Source of the DNA: Bigelowiella natans CCMP2755
Lineage: Eukaryota > Protista > Cercozoa
Direction: 5' to 3'
NCBI GenBank assembly: GCA_000320545.1
Contig: ADNK01000255.1
Coordinates: forward strand, 1-64,000
Length of the DNA stretch: 64,000 nt
In this document: piece after piece, positions 52,001 to 64,000 of the stretch
Layout: the number at the start of each line of letters is the position of its first letter
Numbering within the stretch: position 1 is the first letter of the stretch
Notes under the pieces: generated by a model
Told to the model about the DNA's origin: nothing
Database searches by the model: none
What the model saw: only the letters and a program-made list of their open reading frames with translations
Position numbers and translations under genes: made by a program

Positions 52001-52826
52001 TCATGTTAGCGTCTACTCTGTTCTCGAAACCCCAGCACTGATTGAACTTGGTATAGTGACTGATCTTCTTCATGAACTGTATTGTATTCACCGCTTAATT
52101 CCAGTCTGCTGCCACTGCTTCTTTGCATCAAGGCACCTCCCCCCCCCTCCAAATCTCACCATCCTTTTCCCTCTCGGCTGACATTCTATTCATATCTTTA
52201 TTTGGTGTGTGCGTGCTCTTTCTTGCAAGATTCTGTTTTCTCGGAGCGCGAGCCACAGCGCCGTTCGATCAGGAACATATGGCTAGGGATGCGAATCGAT
52301 AACCGCAAAATTGGGGAGGAGAAAGAGGGCAAAGCGGAGCCAACAGAGGAAGGGGAGGAGGATGAAGAAGGCATGATAGCATCAAGAACACACACACACA
52401 CACACACATACATACACACACTCCTCCACAAAGCTTATTAAAATAGGCACCATAATTGGGTGCAAAATAGCAAAAGTTCATCACCATATACGGCACTCGC
52501 ATATCACCCACGTTCAAACATCATCCCAACGAGCAGAGCAGCAATGCCTTCATATGTTGAGCCTCACTACCAAGAGAGCCAGATTGCTTATCTCCCTCTT
52601 CGTCCTGCGTCTTCTCTCTGTAATCGACATCTTTACTACCACCCTGCACTGGTGTTTGTTACAGTGGGTGTTGGCCGCCCAGTCTCAACGTTTGATGGGC
52701 AGATTCAGCAAGCTAGCTCGTTCCTCCGGTCATTTTCCACTACAACCACCACTTTGCGTGAGGATGAATGCAGAGCAGCGGGGAAGGAGAGCAAGACTTG
52801 GCTACATCAATATGAATCAAATGAAT

Positions 52827-52866
<40 letters not shown>

Positions 52867-52963
52867 TAGAATCCACTCTCAAGCTATTACGCATCTGCAA
52901 ATAGGACTATTTATAAAAGATATGGTCTCCTCCTCCTCCTCTATCAACCTTTGCTACTATTAC

Positions 52964-52999
<36 letters not shown>

Positions 53000-53478
53000 T
53001 TTCCCTCTGTGTCTCTTTTTCTCTCTGAATATTGTGCACAGAAATGTTGTGCTGGCTGGTGTGGGAGTGAGCATACTTGCCACAATCATTAGGGTTGTTG
53101 TTGTTGTTGTTATGATAATGATGAGAGGGACTCAGCATTTTATTATTGTTATTATTGTTATGATTATCATGATCTATTTATCATAGTCATAGAGTAGGAG
53201 TGTAAACTACCAACCGTATTTCAACATTTTACCGTTGTTTGGTCGAGCAAGAAATAGGGAAGTATCATCCTTGTTAGTTCATTTGCGTGGCAATTTATTT
53301 GGTTCCTCTTCATCCTCCTCCTCTTCTTTCTTCTTTCTTCTTCTTCTTCTTCTTCTTCTTCCTCTTGTCCACTGATGATTACTTCGTCGTTGTCGGTTGC
53401 TGCCATACATCTAGGTGGCAATCCTTTGGGAGTCTCTCAGCAGAGAGACTATCGTCTTTGAGCTGCTTGTTAGGGTTA

Positions 53479-53512
<34 letters not shown>

Positions 53513-54467
53513 GTGATGATGATGGTGATGATGACGATAATGATAATGCTTAAAATACATGTCATATCCCATCACAATATCATCATCATCATCATCATCA
53601 TCATTATTCTCATCATTATTCTCATCAAATGAGCTCAGTTTTACTCGTGGTGATGTATGTCTATATGTGTGTATGTGTGTATTATTCTCCGTCATCACCA
53701 AGAATTCGTTACTGCTGCTCCCGGTGCTGCCTCTCTCCACGCCGTACTTCTTCGGGCTTCTGGATGCGTTCGGCAATGCCGTGCTCTACTCTCATGCAAA
53801 GGTAGTGCTGCGAGCTGTGTTAAGGAAATCTCCACACACTGGTGGTGTTGTGTGTTGTAATAATGATGGTGATGATTGCTGATGATGCTGATGATGATGA
53901 TACTTTTACTGATGATTCTCTCGTCTACAACCCACTCTTCTTCTTCTTCTTCTTCTTCTTCTTCTTCATCATCTGTCTGTCTCTCTATCTGTCTGTCTGT
54001 CTGTCTGTCTGTCTCTCCCCACAGAACCCTCCTCATCAGGGGAGTGACGATGATGGCCGCGTGCGCGACGACATGGGGCTCCTAGGCGACGACGACGATG
54101 ATGATTTGGTCACTTACTAATGCACGTTTGTTGCGCATTTTCTGCCGCACACTTCACATTTGTGCAAGAATTACTGTAGTAGCAGTAGCAGTAGCAGTAG
54201 TACTAGTAGCTAGAAGCTAGTAGTAGCACCCGAGTAGTAGCATCGATAACCAGGAAATTTCTTGAGGTATTTGGCTTCAAATGTTTTTGCCGCTCTCTAT
54301 CGTTCGTCCATAGAATATACATATTATGCTCATGTGATGTGTAATGCATAAGTTATTTGCGGGAATACCCTCGTCCGTGTTGTTCAGAACTCTTATTATA
54401 TCGTGTATTCTACGACAGAGCTCCTTCTCCGAGATGTCCGGCGATTATGGGCGGAAAGTGGTGATAT

Positions 54468-54499
<32 letters not shown>

Positions 54500-55132
54500 T
54501 ACTACCCCTTTTGGTGCTTTAGCAGAAGTAGAAAGGACCATACGAAAGTCCCAATTTATGTAGGAGACGCTGAAAGAATAGCATGTGTGGAGAATATGAT
54601 GAGATGTATGTGTACGGAGTAGCACATTCTGAAGCACATCGAGATGGTATTGGGCAGGATTCCCTTTGCATCGCCGAGTATACGATATGCGAACAACACA
54701 TAATATATCGTTATTTCGATACGATATGGCCACAAATGGGTGTGGGATCTTCGACTCTACCGTCGGAACGTTGGACTTTAATTGAAAGATCACTATGATA
54801 CTTTTACGTACATTTATGTATCAAAAAATAAAGGCTTGTTTATTTGTGTTGTAGGAGTACTTAGCGGGTCTTGACGAACACCTCAGAAGAGCTTACAAAA
54901 CGAGTAAGCTTTTAGTATATTGGACACAACAAGTGAATATGTAAGATCGGACTCATCCTCACCCCCCCCCCCCCCCCCTTTCCGCCCCTCGCTGCTGCTG
55001 CTGTTCCTGGTGGTGGTGCTTTTCTACTCCTTGCCCTTGATTCTATTTGTATTAGAGAACATTCCCTCCGGCGTGGGCGGCGTCACATGGAGCATTATTC
55101 GAGGAAGGTGTTGTTTGCATTGGATGGCAACA

Positions 55133-55165
<33 letters not shown>

Positions 55166-57325
55166 CTGTGCCGGGAGAAGAATGAAGAGAAATGATGATC
55201 ATTGTCATTCGTTATGGTCAACACCATAGTCTGCATGGTGATACCATTAACTGTTGTTGTTGATGTTGCTTTTCTTCCTTGACCTCCTCATCCTCATCCT
55301 CATCCTCATCATCATCATCATCATCACCGTTAGGCACGCTCATGTCACCATCTCAGTGAACCCATTTACCGTGCTGGGGAATATCACAGTAGTAACGCTA
55401 GTAGTAGTAGTAGCAGCAGTAGTTGTGGTGGTGGTGGAAGTAGTTGCAATATATAATAGTGTGCAGCTAAAGAGAGCAAGATTCTTAAAATGATACGCGC
55501 CCTGAGAGCATCATATCGGATAGTCATCTGTTGCGTGAGATGGTTGCGGAGCAGCATAATTTTCCATCATCACAATCTCTGCACGCATACGTTTATTTAT
55601 GTTGTGATCATCGTCATTCGTCATCCATCATTAGGTGTTCTGTATCGCGGACAACATCGGGGTACTTTCGGAGAACAAGCCGGTCATCTCTAACTCCTCT
55701 CGCGCAGCCGCCTCTGGCAAACAAAAAAGGCTGCTCGCGACAACGTTTTCAGTCAGCATTGCTTTCGCGTTTAACGCAGTTCAGCCCTTTTTTATTTATA
55801 CTAAGCTCGTTGCTGCTTTTGAAGGGACATTAGTTCTTCATGAAAGAGGGGGGGGGGGGGGGGGGGGGGGGGTCTTGTTGCTCGGTAGGGTTCATGAAAA
55901 GATTCCCCCGTAAGATGAGTTGTGTACATCAACAGCTTCTACGGCACTTGCTATTCGTGGAGCCTCCTCACATTCCAAGGGTTGTGGTCATTGCCATTGC
56001 TATCCTTTGCCGTCGTTTTTCGTTGTCAGCTTATTACTTTTATCGTTATATCATTATTACCATCGTTATTCTGATTAAATTATTGCTTTCGCATTCTCAC
56101 TTCCAGGAGCAGAAGGCACGGATGATGGCGATGATGCAGCATGATGATGACCAGCCTCGCGAGCAGCATCTTCATCATACCCATCACCATCATTCTGGTA
56201 ATAGAGTACATCATCAAGATCATCATCATCATCATCATCATCAACTTCATTATCCCTTCAAACGCAACATCTCCACAGCAGTCCACCATCTCTCATCAGC
56301 GTCATCGTGGCATTGTGCCTATGCACACCATCGGCCACGTGTTAACTACTACTACTACTACTACTATAACAACAACAACAACAACTACTACTACTACCAC
56401 AACGCATGTGGGAGAACGTCATTCTCATCATCTTGCTACTGGTGATACAGATAGGAAGTTATCGCCCACAGAAGAGTCGCTCAGCATCAACGGAGGAGGA
56501 GAAGGAAGAGGAGGAGAGGGATCGGATACGACAATGATGATGACGAAGCTAAGAGGCAGCATCACTGCAGACGTGGCCATTAACATCGGTCCTGGGATGA
56601 TATCGACTTCGCAATTGATCCCAGAAGAGGGAAAGAGCGTGGGCGAGCCTACCATATCACCAACAGGGTAACATATATGCTTGACGAGGATGGGTGGATG
56701 GGTTCTTTGATTCTACGAGAAGGAGGAGGAGGGGGAGGAGGAGGAGGAGGAAAGAAGCCTCATGCTGCTTATTATGTGCTGATGCTGGATGATTGATGCT
56801 GTGGTAAAATCACAACAGGGGAGATGATGATACACCCCAGAGGCTGTTGGAGAGAGATATAGGTCCTTATCAAGTAGTATCTTTTATCTGCTCAATCACA
56901 CTGATTATAATATGCATATTGCGTGTATTTTCGCAATATCACCGACTTGAAGAAGCCATAATACGACAAAACCGCTACATCATTAGCGAGTCGCACAGAC
57001 TGCGAGGAGAGCAAGGAGCGCATGGCGACCATCTCGGTGCTAAAACATATTATTGTTGTCTTATCTGCAAGAAGGGGGAGGGGGGGGGGTCAGGATTTGG
57101 CCACGTATTGGATGATACTGGAATAACGACAGCGATGATGATAATGCGGATGCAAAAGGCTGACTACGAGAGTAGAGAAAAGATGAAAATACAGAATTGC
57201 TTTCTTTCCTGATAACAGCACCATGATCATCTTTCCTCTTCTCAGGAGGCAAGAGGAGGGGAGCCTTGGTCAGTGGAAATCATCGATTTTATCCGCGACA
57301 TCACCAATTCACAGGTGTGTATCTG

Positions 57326-57366
<41 letters not shown>

Positions 57367-57567
57367 CAGCATGCACGAGATGACGGCCATAGGAATGCAT
57401 CAGATGTATTTAAAAATGCATTCTCCATCATCATGCCTTTTAGCCCTTCTCCTCCCGAAATTTTCAACAAATTCTTCTTCATCATCATCATCATCATCGA
57501 TCCTGGTTATCAGATCGTGTTTGAGGGTGATGGGCAGGCGCATCTGGCCAACCTGAAGCCTATAGGT

Positions 57568-57609
<42 letters not shown>

Positions 57610-57773
57610 AGTAGCTTTACATATCATATAGAAATAACATATCTCTTGCATAATGTATGCACTATCAGGTCTCGCGGCGCTTTTGAACACTCAGGTGGTA
57701 GTAGTAGCAGTTTCGAAGCACAAAACATGTACAATGTAGCACACAGGCAATGAGAAACACGCAATATACAGAA

Positions 57774-57813
<40 letters not shown>

Positions 57814-58467
57814 TGCATGCATACAACATTCAAAATGGGGGCTGCTGTAACAACAATGATAGTGCACGTGCGTCGCGAACGAAAACCGTGGTGTTTACTA
57901 CTTCAACGGGCCTCTGCAGAGGGTATCATTTCCATTCATTATTATTATCATTCGTAGTAGAAGCAGTAGTAGCGATAGTAGCAGTAGCCGAAGCTTTCCT
58001 GTGGGACGATAAGTAGTAATAGCGTAATCATGATAAACAAAGTACCAGAGAAGATGGCCAGATACTATTGAAAGACCCGCAGCGGCTACATCTGTGCATT
58101 GTGTTGCGATTATGAGTTCCGTCGCAAATACAGGCAATCTTGAGGGCATGGAAGGAGAGTGAAAGCGAACGGGAGTCGGGAGGTCATAGTTGAGATAAAT
58201 TGCGCCTCTCTACCATCATTCCAACAAAAGGACGCTTGTATTGCTTGGAATTGCATTTCTCGTTTGCAGCCCGCACCCATGTCGCAATGATACGAATGTG
58301 ATGAAGGTGATGATGACGATGATGAAGGTTATGATGACAGTATCTGCCATGTGTTCAGATGAAGCTGCTGCTCGGTTTGTGAGAGCTGCGGAGGAAATTC
58401 GTAGAAGAATTACAGAGGTACCTACCACGTTGTTGTTGTTGTTGTTGTTGTTGTATATATTGTGTAA

Positions 58468-58505
<38 letters not shown>

Positions 58506-60508
58506 CTCTCTGTATCTTTCATTCCTCACGATCATTCTTCTTTTTGATAACACCTCCCTCCCCTTTCAGGACCATCACACGCTCTATGATGAGGCGGAAA
58601 CGGTTGAAACTTCACTCTCCTTCTCCTTCTTCTCCTTCTTATCTTTCTTCTCTCTCTCCCTCTCCCTCTCTCCTTCTCTCTCGCTCCGCAAGCTCAGCTT
58701 TTGATATTCCTGACCAAACCTTAATTTAACTGATATTATGTGGAATAGACCAACTGGGGGAGGAGGAGGAGGAGGAGGAGGAGGAGGAGGAGGGGGAAGC
58801 AGTACTATCAGTAGCAGCAGCAGCATCGTCACCAGCACAAAGCGGAGGAATGAACCCTCCCCCTCCCCCCCCCATCAGCAGCAGCACCACCACCAGCACA
58901 TCGTGGAGGACATTGTGCATCCATGCTTATGTGAACTTGGCAATCTGGTAGTAGTAGGGTTAGCTCTAATATGTAATAACTTGTTGTAAGAATGCATGGA
59001 GACTACGACGATGATGATAGTGGTGATGATGATACAACGACCAACTCACTGTCATCACCAACCTTTCCCCATTCAGGTCGGATTCAACGTGGCCCAAAGT
59101 GAGCTTGGGGGGGGGGGGGGGGGGGTATAAAAGCTCGACGGAGGAGGAGGAGATAGCTTTGGTTTTACATCCGCTTACTCGATAACAGATATAGCGATGA
59201 TGATGTGTTGAGAGTTGGGTTGTTGAGAGCCTTCTGTTGATGAAATCGAAATTACAGCTGATCTTTGTCCAACAAATACGGCACCATTACCTACGATCAT
59301 CACGGAATAAAAATCCATCAGTATCCGCAATAGGGCGTTTCAGTGCGTTGATTATTTTGGATGTCGTCTCCTTTCTCTCTCTGTGCACAATTATCAGCGA
59401 GGCGTATGCACAAGATTCTTGACCGGTACTCGACCTCCAGACTTCGGGTGCGGTTGAGGAAAGAGACTGCCTCGCCATGATGATGATGATGATGATGATG
59501 GTGATGGTGATGATAATGATGATGATGATGATGATGATGATGATGGTGGTGGTGATGATGATGATGGTGATGCTGATGATGAATGTGATGATTGACAACG
59601 TGTACATGCACGATTTTGTGCGGATTTTCAATCTAGCTGACGAGGAAGGAAGAAGATGCAGGAGGGCAATTCACAGCAGACGACACAGACGTATCATCGA
59701 TGACATCTATCCTCATCTGCGACCGCCTCGAGGCCAAACGTAATATATCCTGAATACGCACGTCCATAATCCTCTCTCTTCTCTCACATAAGAGGAAGGG
59801 TTGTAATCCGACTGAGAACATACTGATGAAATATCATGATGGATGATGATGATGATGATGATGATGATGCTGATGATGATGCTGCTGCTGATGATGATGA
59901 TGATGACAGTGATCCAATAACAAGATGGCTTAAACTTTGCATTTGATATTTGAAGAATCGTCCACAACAACTTCGTTGCTTTCCGAGTTGAGAAGAGAAT
60001 GAAGTTGTGCTGATGAAGCCATCCTACACGTGTCTTTCCCCCATTCCACGCACATACACACACACACCCCTTCTCTCCAGCATATCGTCGTTTCTCATCG
60101 CATTGCGTGCTCCATACTCAACGAATATGTTGTTCTGGTAGACTTCGGCAATATCACGGCTTCTTCATCTGGTATATACCTTAACACGCGACGATGAAGC
60201 AGTACTTCAAAGCATGCACACGCGCACGCAAAAAACGGAGAAAAATACGGGAAAGGGAGGGGGGAGACATCTACCGTAGGCTTCGTTACATCTTCATGTT
60301 TTCACGTCGTATCAGGGTCAAAGAAGGCGAAAGGGAAGAAAGCGTACAGCAACTACAAGTAATTCTCACGTGGAGAGATAACAACCCAGATCATAAACCA
60401 GATAACAAAATAGTGATCGTACAATCGCGCATACAAGAACGCTGCTCACATGCACGCTTTTGCTGCAGATATGCGAGGAAGCTAAGGCGGGAGGATAAGA
60501 TACGACGT

Positions 60509-60556
<48 letters not shown>

Positions 60557-60594
60557 TGTCAAAGCACAAAACACACACACGCACACACACACGC

Positions 60595-60637
<43 letters not shown>

Positions 60638-60696
60638 TACATACACAGGGGCTCCACGAAACGTGCAACTGCTGACACGCGGAGACCCAGATATCG

Positions 60697-60731
<35 letters not shown>

Positions 60732-60789
60732 CCATATTATCAACAATATCACCTTCGACTCGAATTACGAAATTAAAATGTCAATATAT

Positions 60790-60833
<44 letters not shown>

Positions 60834-60884
60834 TATTATACATAGGTGCTCGATAAGTGCACGGAGTACTGGGACGGTAAAAAT

Positions 60885-60928
<44 letters not shown>

Positions 60929-61831
60929 TTTTCTCTCCATACGTATGGGTGTGTATTGTGTATGTGAATTTGTATTTGTATGTGTGAATTGAAGTAGCTC
61001 TTTCTTTGCGTTGAGAATTGTGAACGGCGGTTTTATTCCCTCCCCCTCTTCTGTTGAAGGCAAGGAAATCAAGCCAATTCAAGACAACTTTAAGAAGAAA
61101 CTCCTGGTATATTTACACATGATGATGATGATGATGGTGATGATGTTGATTTTGCTCCGATAATTAATATTGATGACAAGAAACTCAATGTTGAGGGAAA
61201 TGTCACCTTGGCAATTAGTAACGATGATAATGATGATAATGATGATGATGAAGAAGATGATGATGATGATGATCAGGAAATCTGCACTCATTGGAGGAAC
61301 GAAGCCTTGCAGATAATCGCCTTTGCATACACGTAAGAAGTTATAGAGCTAGTTCAACTCGAAGAATAGCAGTAGCAACAACCGACAACGGCATTCTATT
61401 GTAGACATTGTTGATAATACCGATTATGTGGATTGCGGTGATAACGATGATGATGATGATGATGATGATGAAATTGCGGCATCAATCCTGTTAGCACTGA
61501 ATTGACGACTGCTTCTATATTGTGCTGCAAAATCTGCCCATTTATCAAAGCCCTGTAAGTCCCTCGGTCACCAGCGAAATCGTCGGCGGGTACGGCATCT
61601 CATCAGATTGAAATTGCGTGAATGCTTGCAAACCAATCACGATTCTCCTCCGTCACGCTCTGATTTGGAGAGAATAATTATCGTCGGTCTTTGCCTCGCC
61701 ATTACGATATTTCGCCGTTGTATCATCATCATTGTTTTCTTCTTCTTTTATTCTCACGAATGAATAGCAATTAAAGATTGCTGGTAGTACTTTATGCGCC
61801 CTCTTTCAAACATATTGTGCTCTATATATAT

Positions 61832-61871
<40 letters not shown>

Positions 61872-62058
61872 ACCTTCCTTTCCTCCTCCTCCTCCTCCTC
61901 CTCCCCCTCCTCGTCCCTTCTATTTGTTAAGCTACAAAACGAGTAGTCGTTCTGAGCCTGCATTAAGGCATATCGTCGAGCTAGGTGGGGGTGGATGATA
62001 GTGGTGGTGCTGAGTTGTAGCATTGCATTTTTAATTGTACTACCATACTTTTCAAAGC

Positions 62059-62102
<44 letters not shown>

Positions 62103-62155
62103 CCACACGCTATACATATACATATACACTCTCACTGCAAGAAGCGTACCAATTA

Positions 62156-62190
<35 letters not shown>

Positions 62191-63126
62191 ATATATGATG
62201 CTCTTTCTCCTCTTTCTCCCAATCCGCCATTGCTACCTCTCTCTTCTAACTTGTTGCAGAGGTTGAGGCGAAGGACAACAAGGGCGACTTCACGGTGAGA
62301 GAGATAAGACAGCAAATATAACGACGGTCGCCATTGATGGAAGTATTTTAAGGCAGCAGCTCTTACCTTGCCACCGTCTCCCACTCTTTCCCTTCTCTCA
62401 CCCCTCCCCCCTCCCCTCCACAGATACATCGCAGCGTGAACGCTGCTTTGAACCCATCCATCTCCAGAGCAAGAGGGAGAGGGGCGGCTCTAAGGAAGAG
62501 GGAGAAGAAAACGCGCCAGCTCTCTGCCCCCCCCCTCTCCTCATCATCCATTCCCATGCTACGCTTTGAGCGGGATGTGCTCGGAAAGCAGATTCTTCTT
62601 GGACTTCTGGCAAGGGGCGTTCAGCCGAAGGTGGGGAAGTATATAAATGCGTGCGATTTGTGAGTGTGTGTGTGTGTGTGTGTGCGTGCGTGCGTTGTGT
62701 GTGGGTGTCCTTCAATGGTCTCTATGATGTTTCAATTTATCAGGTGGAGGCGCCCTCGTTTGTAGAGCTACTTATGAAATCGGGGATTCGGTGAGGAGAA
62801 CGAGCAGAGAGTAGTATCATTTAATACAAAGGGGATGGATGGATGGATGGATGGATGGATGGGGAAGAGAAGAGAAGGCAGAGGGATGAGAGGAGAAATG
62901 CCTGATGGTCTCCCAAAGAACGCACACGCAACACATTGTTCGTGCCGATTTGAGACTCATTTCTCTAATTATTCTCTAGAAATTTATGGCACTGACTATT
63001 GTAAATTTATTCATAAAAGCAATGATGATAACAATGACGTTGTTGCTGTTTCTGCTGGGTAGCTTCGTATACATGTCGCGGGATGGCCCGATCAAAGCTA
63101 AGGCGTTAGCACGATGTACACCACGG

Positions 63127-63173
<47 letters not shown>

Positions 63174-64000
63174 GTATGCACATTGAAATACGGTCAAAGA
63201 TGTCTATCTTGGCATGACTGGCGTTGTGTGCAATGACACCATCGTCGAGTTCTGAAGCATCAGTCGCACAACATCTATTATGATATCATTATTTATTATT
63301 ATTATTATTATTGTTGTTATTATTATTATTATTTGCATAGCGTTGGGATTATTCACGGACTGGAACGCCCACATCTCACTCAAAGACAAGATGAACAGCG
63401 ACGAGCCCCCGGTGATTGATCGAGAAATAGACAGATAACTTCCTGCAGGAGGCAACGATGATTGTTGTCTTCTGACGTGAGAGTTGTGCATACGTAATCC
63501 CTATCATTGCTACGCATTCAGTGTTGTTAAGAGACGTGTTTGCTTGCTTCCCCTCTTCTACATGCAGGTGGAGGGCATTTCCAAGCTCCCGTGTGGCGTC
63601 AGCGCGGTAGTACGGGGAAGAGGAGGAGGAGGAGGAGGAATGTTGTTGTTGTTGTTGTTGTTGTTGATGATGATGATGATGTAGAACACACAGACGATGA
63701 TTACACGAATTAGAATACAGTGCGTGGGCGTGTGTGTGCTGTGTGTACACCAAAATGTCGTGAAGTTCTGTTCCTGTTCTCAGTCGGTGAGGATGAATTG
63801 TCATGTTGCTTCTTCTGCTGTTTACCTCTCCCCCCCTCCCCCACACCCCTCTCTCCCCCTCTCTGTCTCTTCCTTGCGCATTGTCTCACTGTTCTCTTCT
63901 TCCTATCAACTACGATCCCCCAAGATTCGAAATCATTTGGAAGAAGTCGACGACGTCCCTTTACTGGTGTGGTTAGATTATCATCAGCATCATCATTATC
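48486..64000 (+). CDS. TMEM94: TMEM94/ERMA family P-type-ATPase-like membrane protein (continues beyond the window)
   Basis: Ordered motifs LGPGDIV; LLLPVLPL..P....LDAFGNA; VLGNIT|VFCIADNIGVLS; IVFEGDGQAHLANLKPIG; CLCELGNL|VGF; QILLGLLARGVQPK; ELLMKSGIR|FVYMS..GPIKAKALAR|SLGLFTDWNAHISL; SKLPCGVSA..NHLEEVDDVPLL. These parallel TMEM94 LGSVTVLCCVDKQGILS, HLTSLKPLG, CLCELARLIGF, IRFVYFS, GLETGWNCHISL, AKLPRG and IDNVPLL. Confidence 0.9.

Larger units (their letters stand above)
458..63681. repeat. Dispersed microsatellites, mostly intronic: (CA/TG)n, (TA)n, (GA/CT)n, (GAT/CAT)n, (TAG/CTA)n, (GAA)n, (CAA/TTG)n, poly-C/G
   Basis: Examples at 458-489, 2446-2516, 6082-6119, 16464-16527, 36983-37042, 37921-37981, 59478-59590 and 60514-60631. 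Confidence 0.95.

Noticed and set aside
63095-63120. Apparent GC donor AAG|gcgtta in TMEM94 (also CAG|gcaagg near 38503)
   Set aside because: Reading on to a downstream GT donor keeps frame, and for TMEM94 it fits the family alignment better.
406-63846. Dozens of ORFs with poly-CV, HT, YI, ER, poly-M/I/H runs
   Set aside because: They are translations of intronic microsatellites that lack stop codons, not proteins.
1-64000. CRISPR arrays, tRNA/rRNA genes, transposase or reverse-transcriptase ORFs, telomeric arrays
   Set aside because: None recognisable by eye; small ncRNAs cannot be excluded without covariance-model searches.

Overview
Intron-dense, microsatellite-rich eukaryotic nuclear DNA. 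The style (many 60-300 nt GT-AG introns, bipartite-looking presequences) suggests a secondary-plastid alga such as a chlorarachniophyte, but that is inference. Most entries in the ORF track are artefacts of intronic microsatellites. Hand-splicing gives about 13 genes: DNAJC21/Jjj1 co-chaperone (-, partial), bacterial-type glutaredoxin 2 GrxB (+), NHL-repeat protein (-), small unknown protein (-), large LRR + ~11-TM receptor-like protein (+), G6PD (-), five-RRM GBP2-like protein with a long C-terminal extension (+), rhodanese + tandem dual-specificity phosphatase (-), mitoribosomal mS35 (+), chorismate synthase (-), prokaryote-type DsrE-family protein (+), coiled-coil protein (-) and TMEM94/ERMA (+, runs off the window). 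Main oddities: (1) a 0.87 kb block almost free of TpA except in CTAG, with weaker echoes in the tail-to-tail spacers, suggesting a local A>G/T>C mutational process; (2) four ubiquitin-C-terminus-like LRGG motifs dividing one long presequence-bearing protein; (3) an LRR ectodomain of alternating 28/29-aa Cys-bearing repeats fused to a possible OSCA/TMEM16/TMC-like membrane domain; (4) an intron copied in inverted orientation two introns downstream; (5) near-perfect strand alternation of genes. Family calls come from recognising motifs; no database searches were run.
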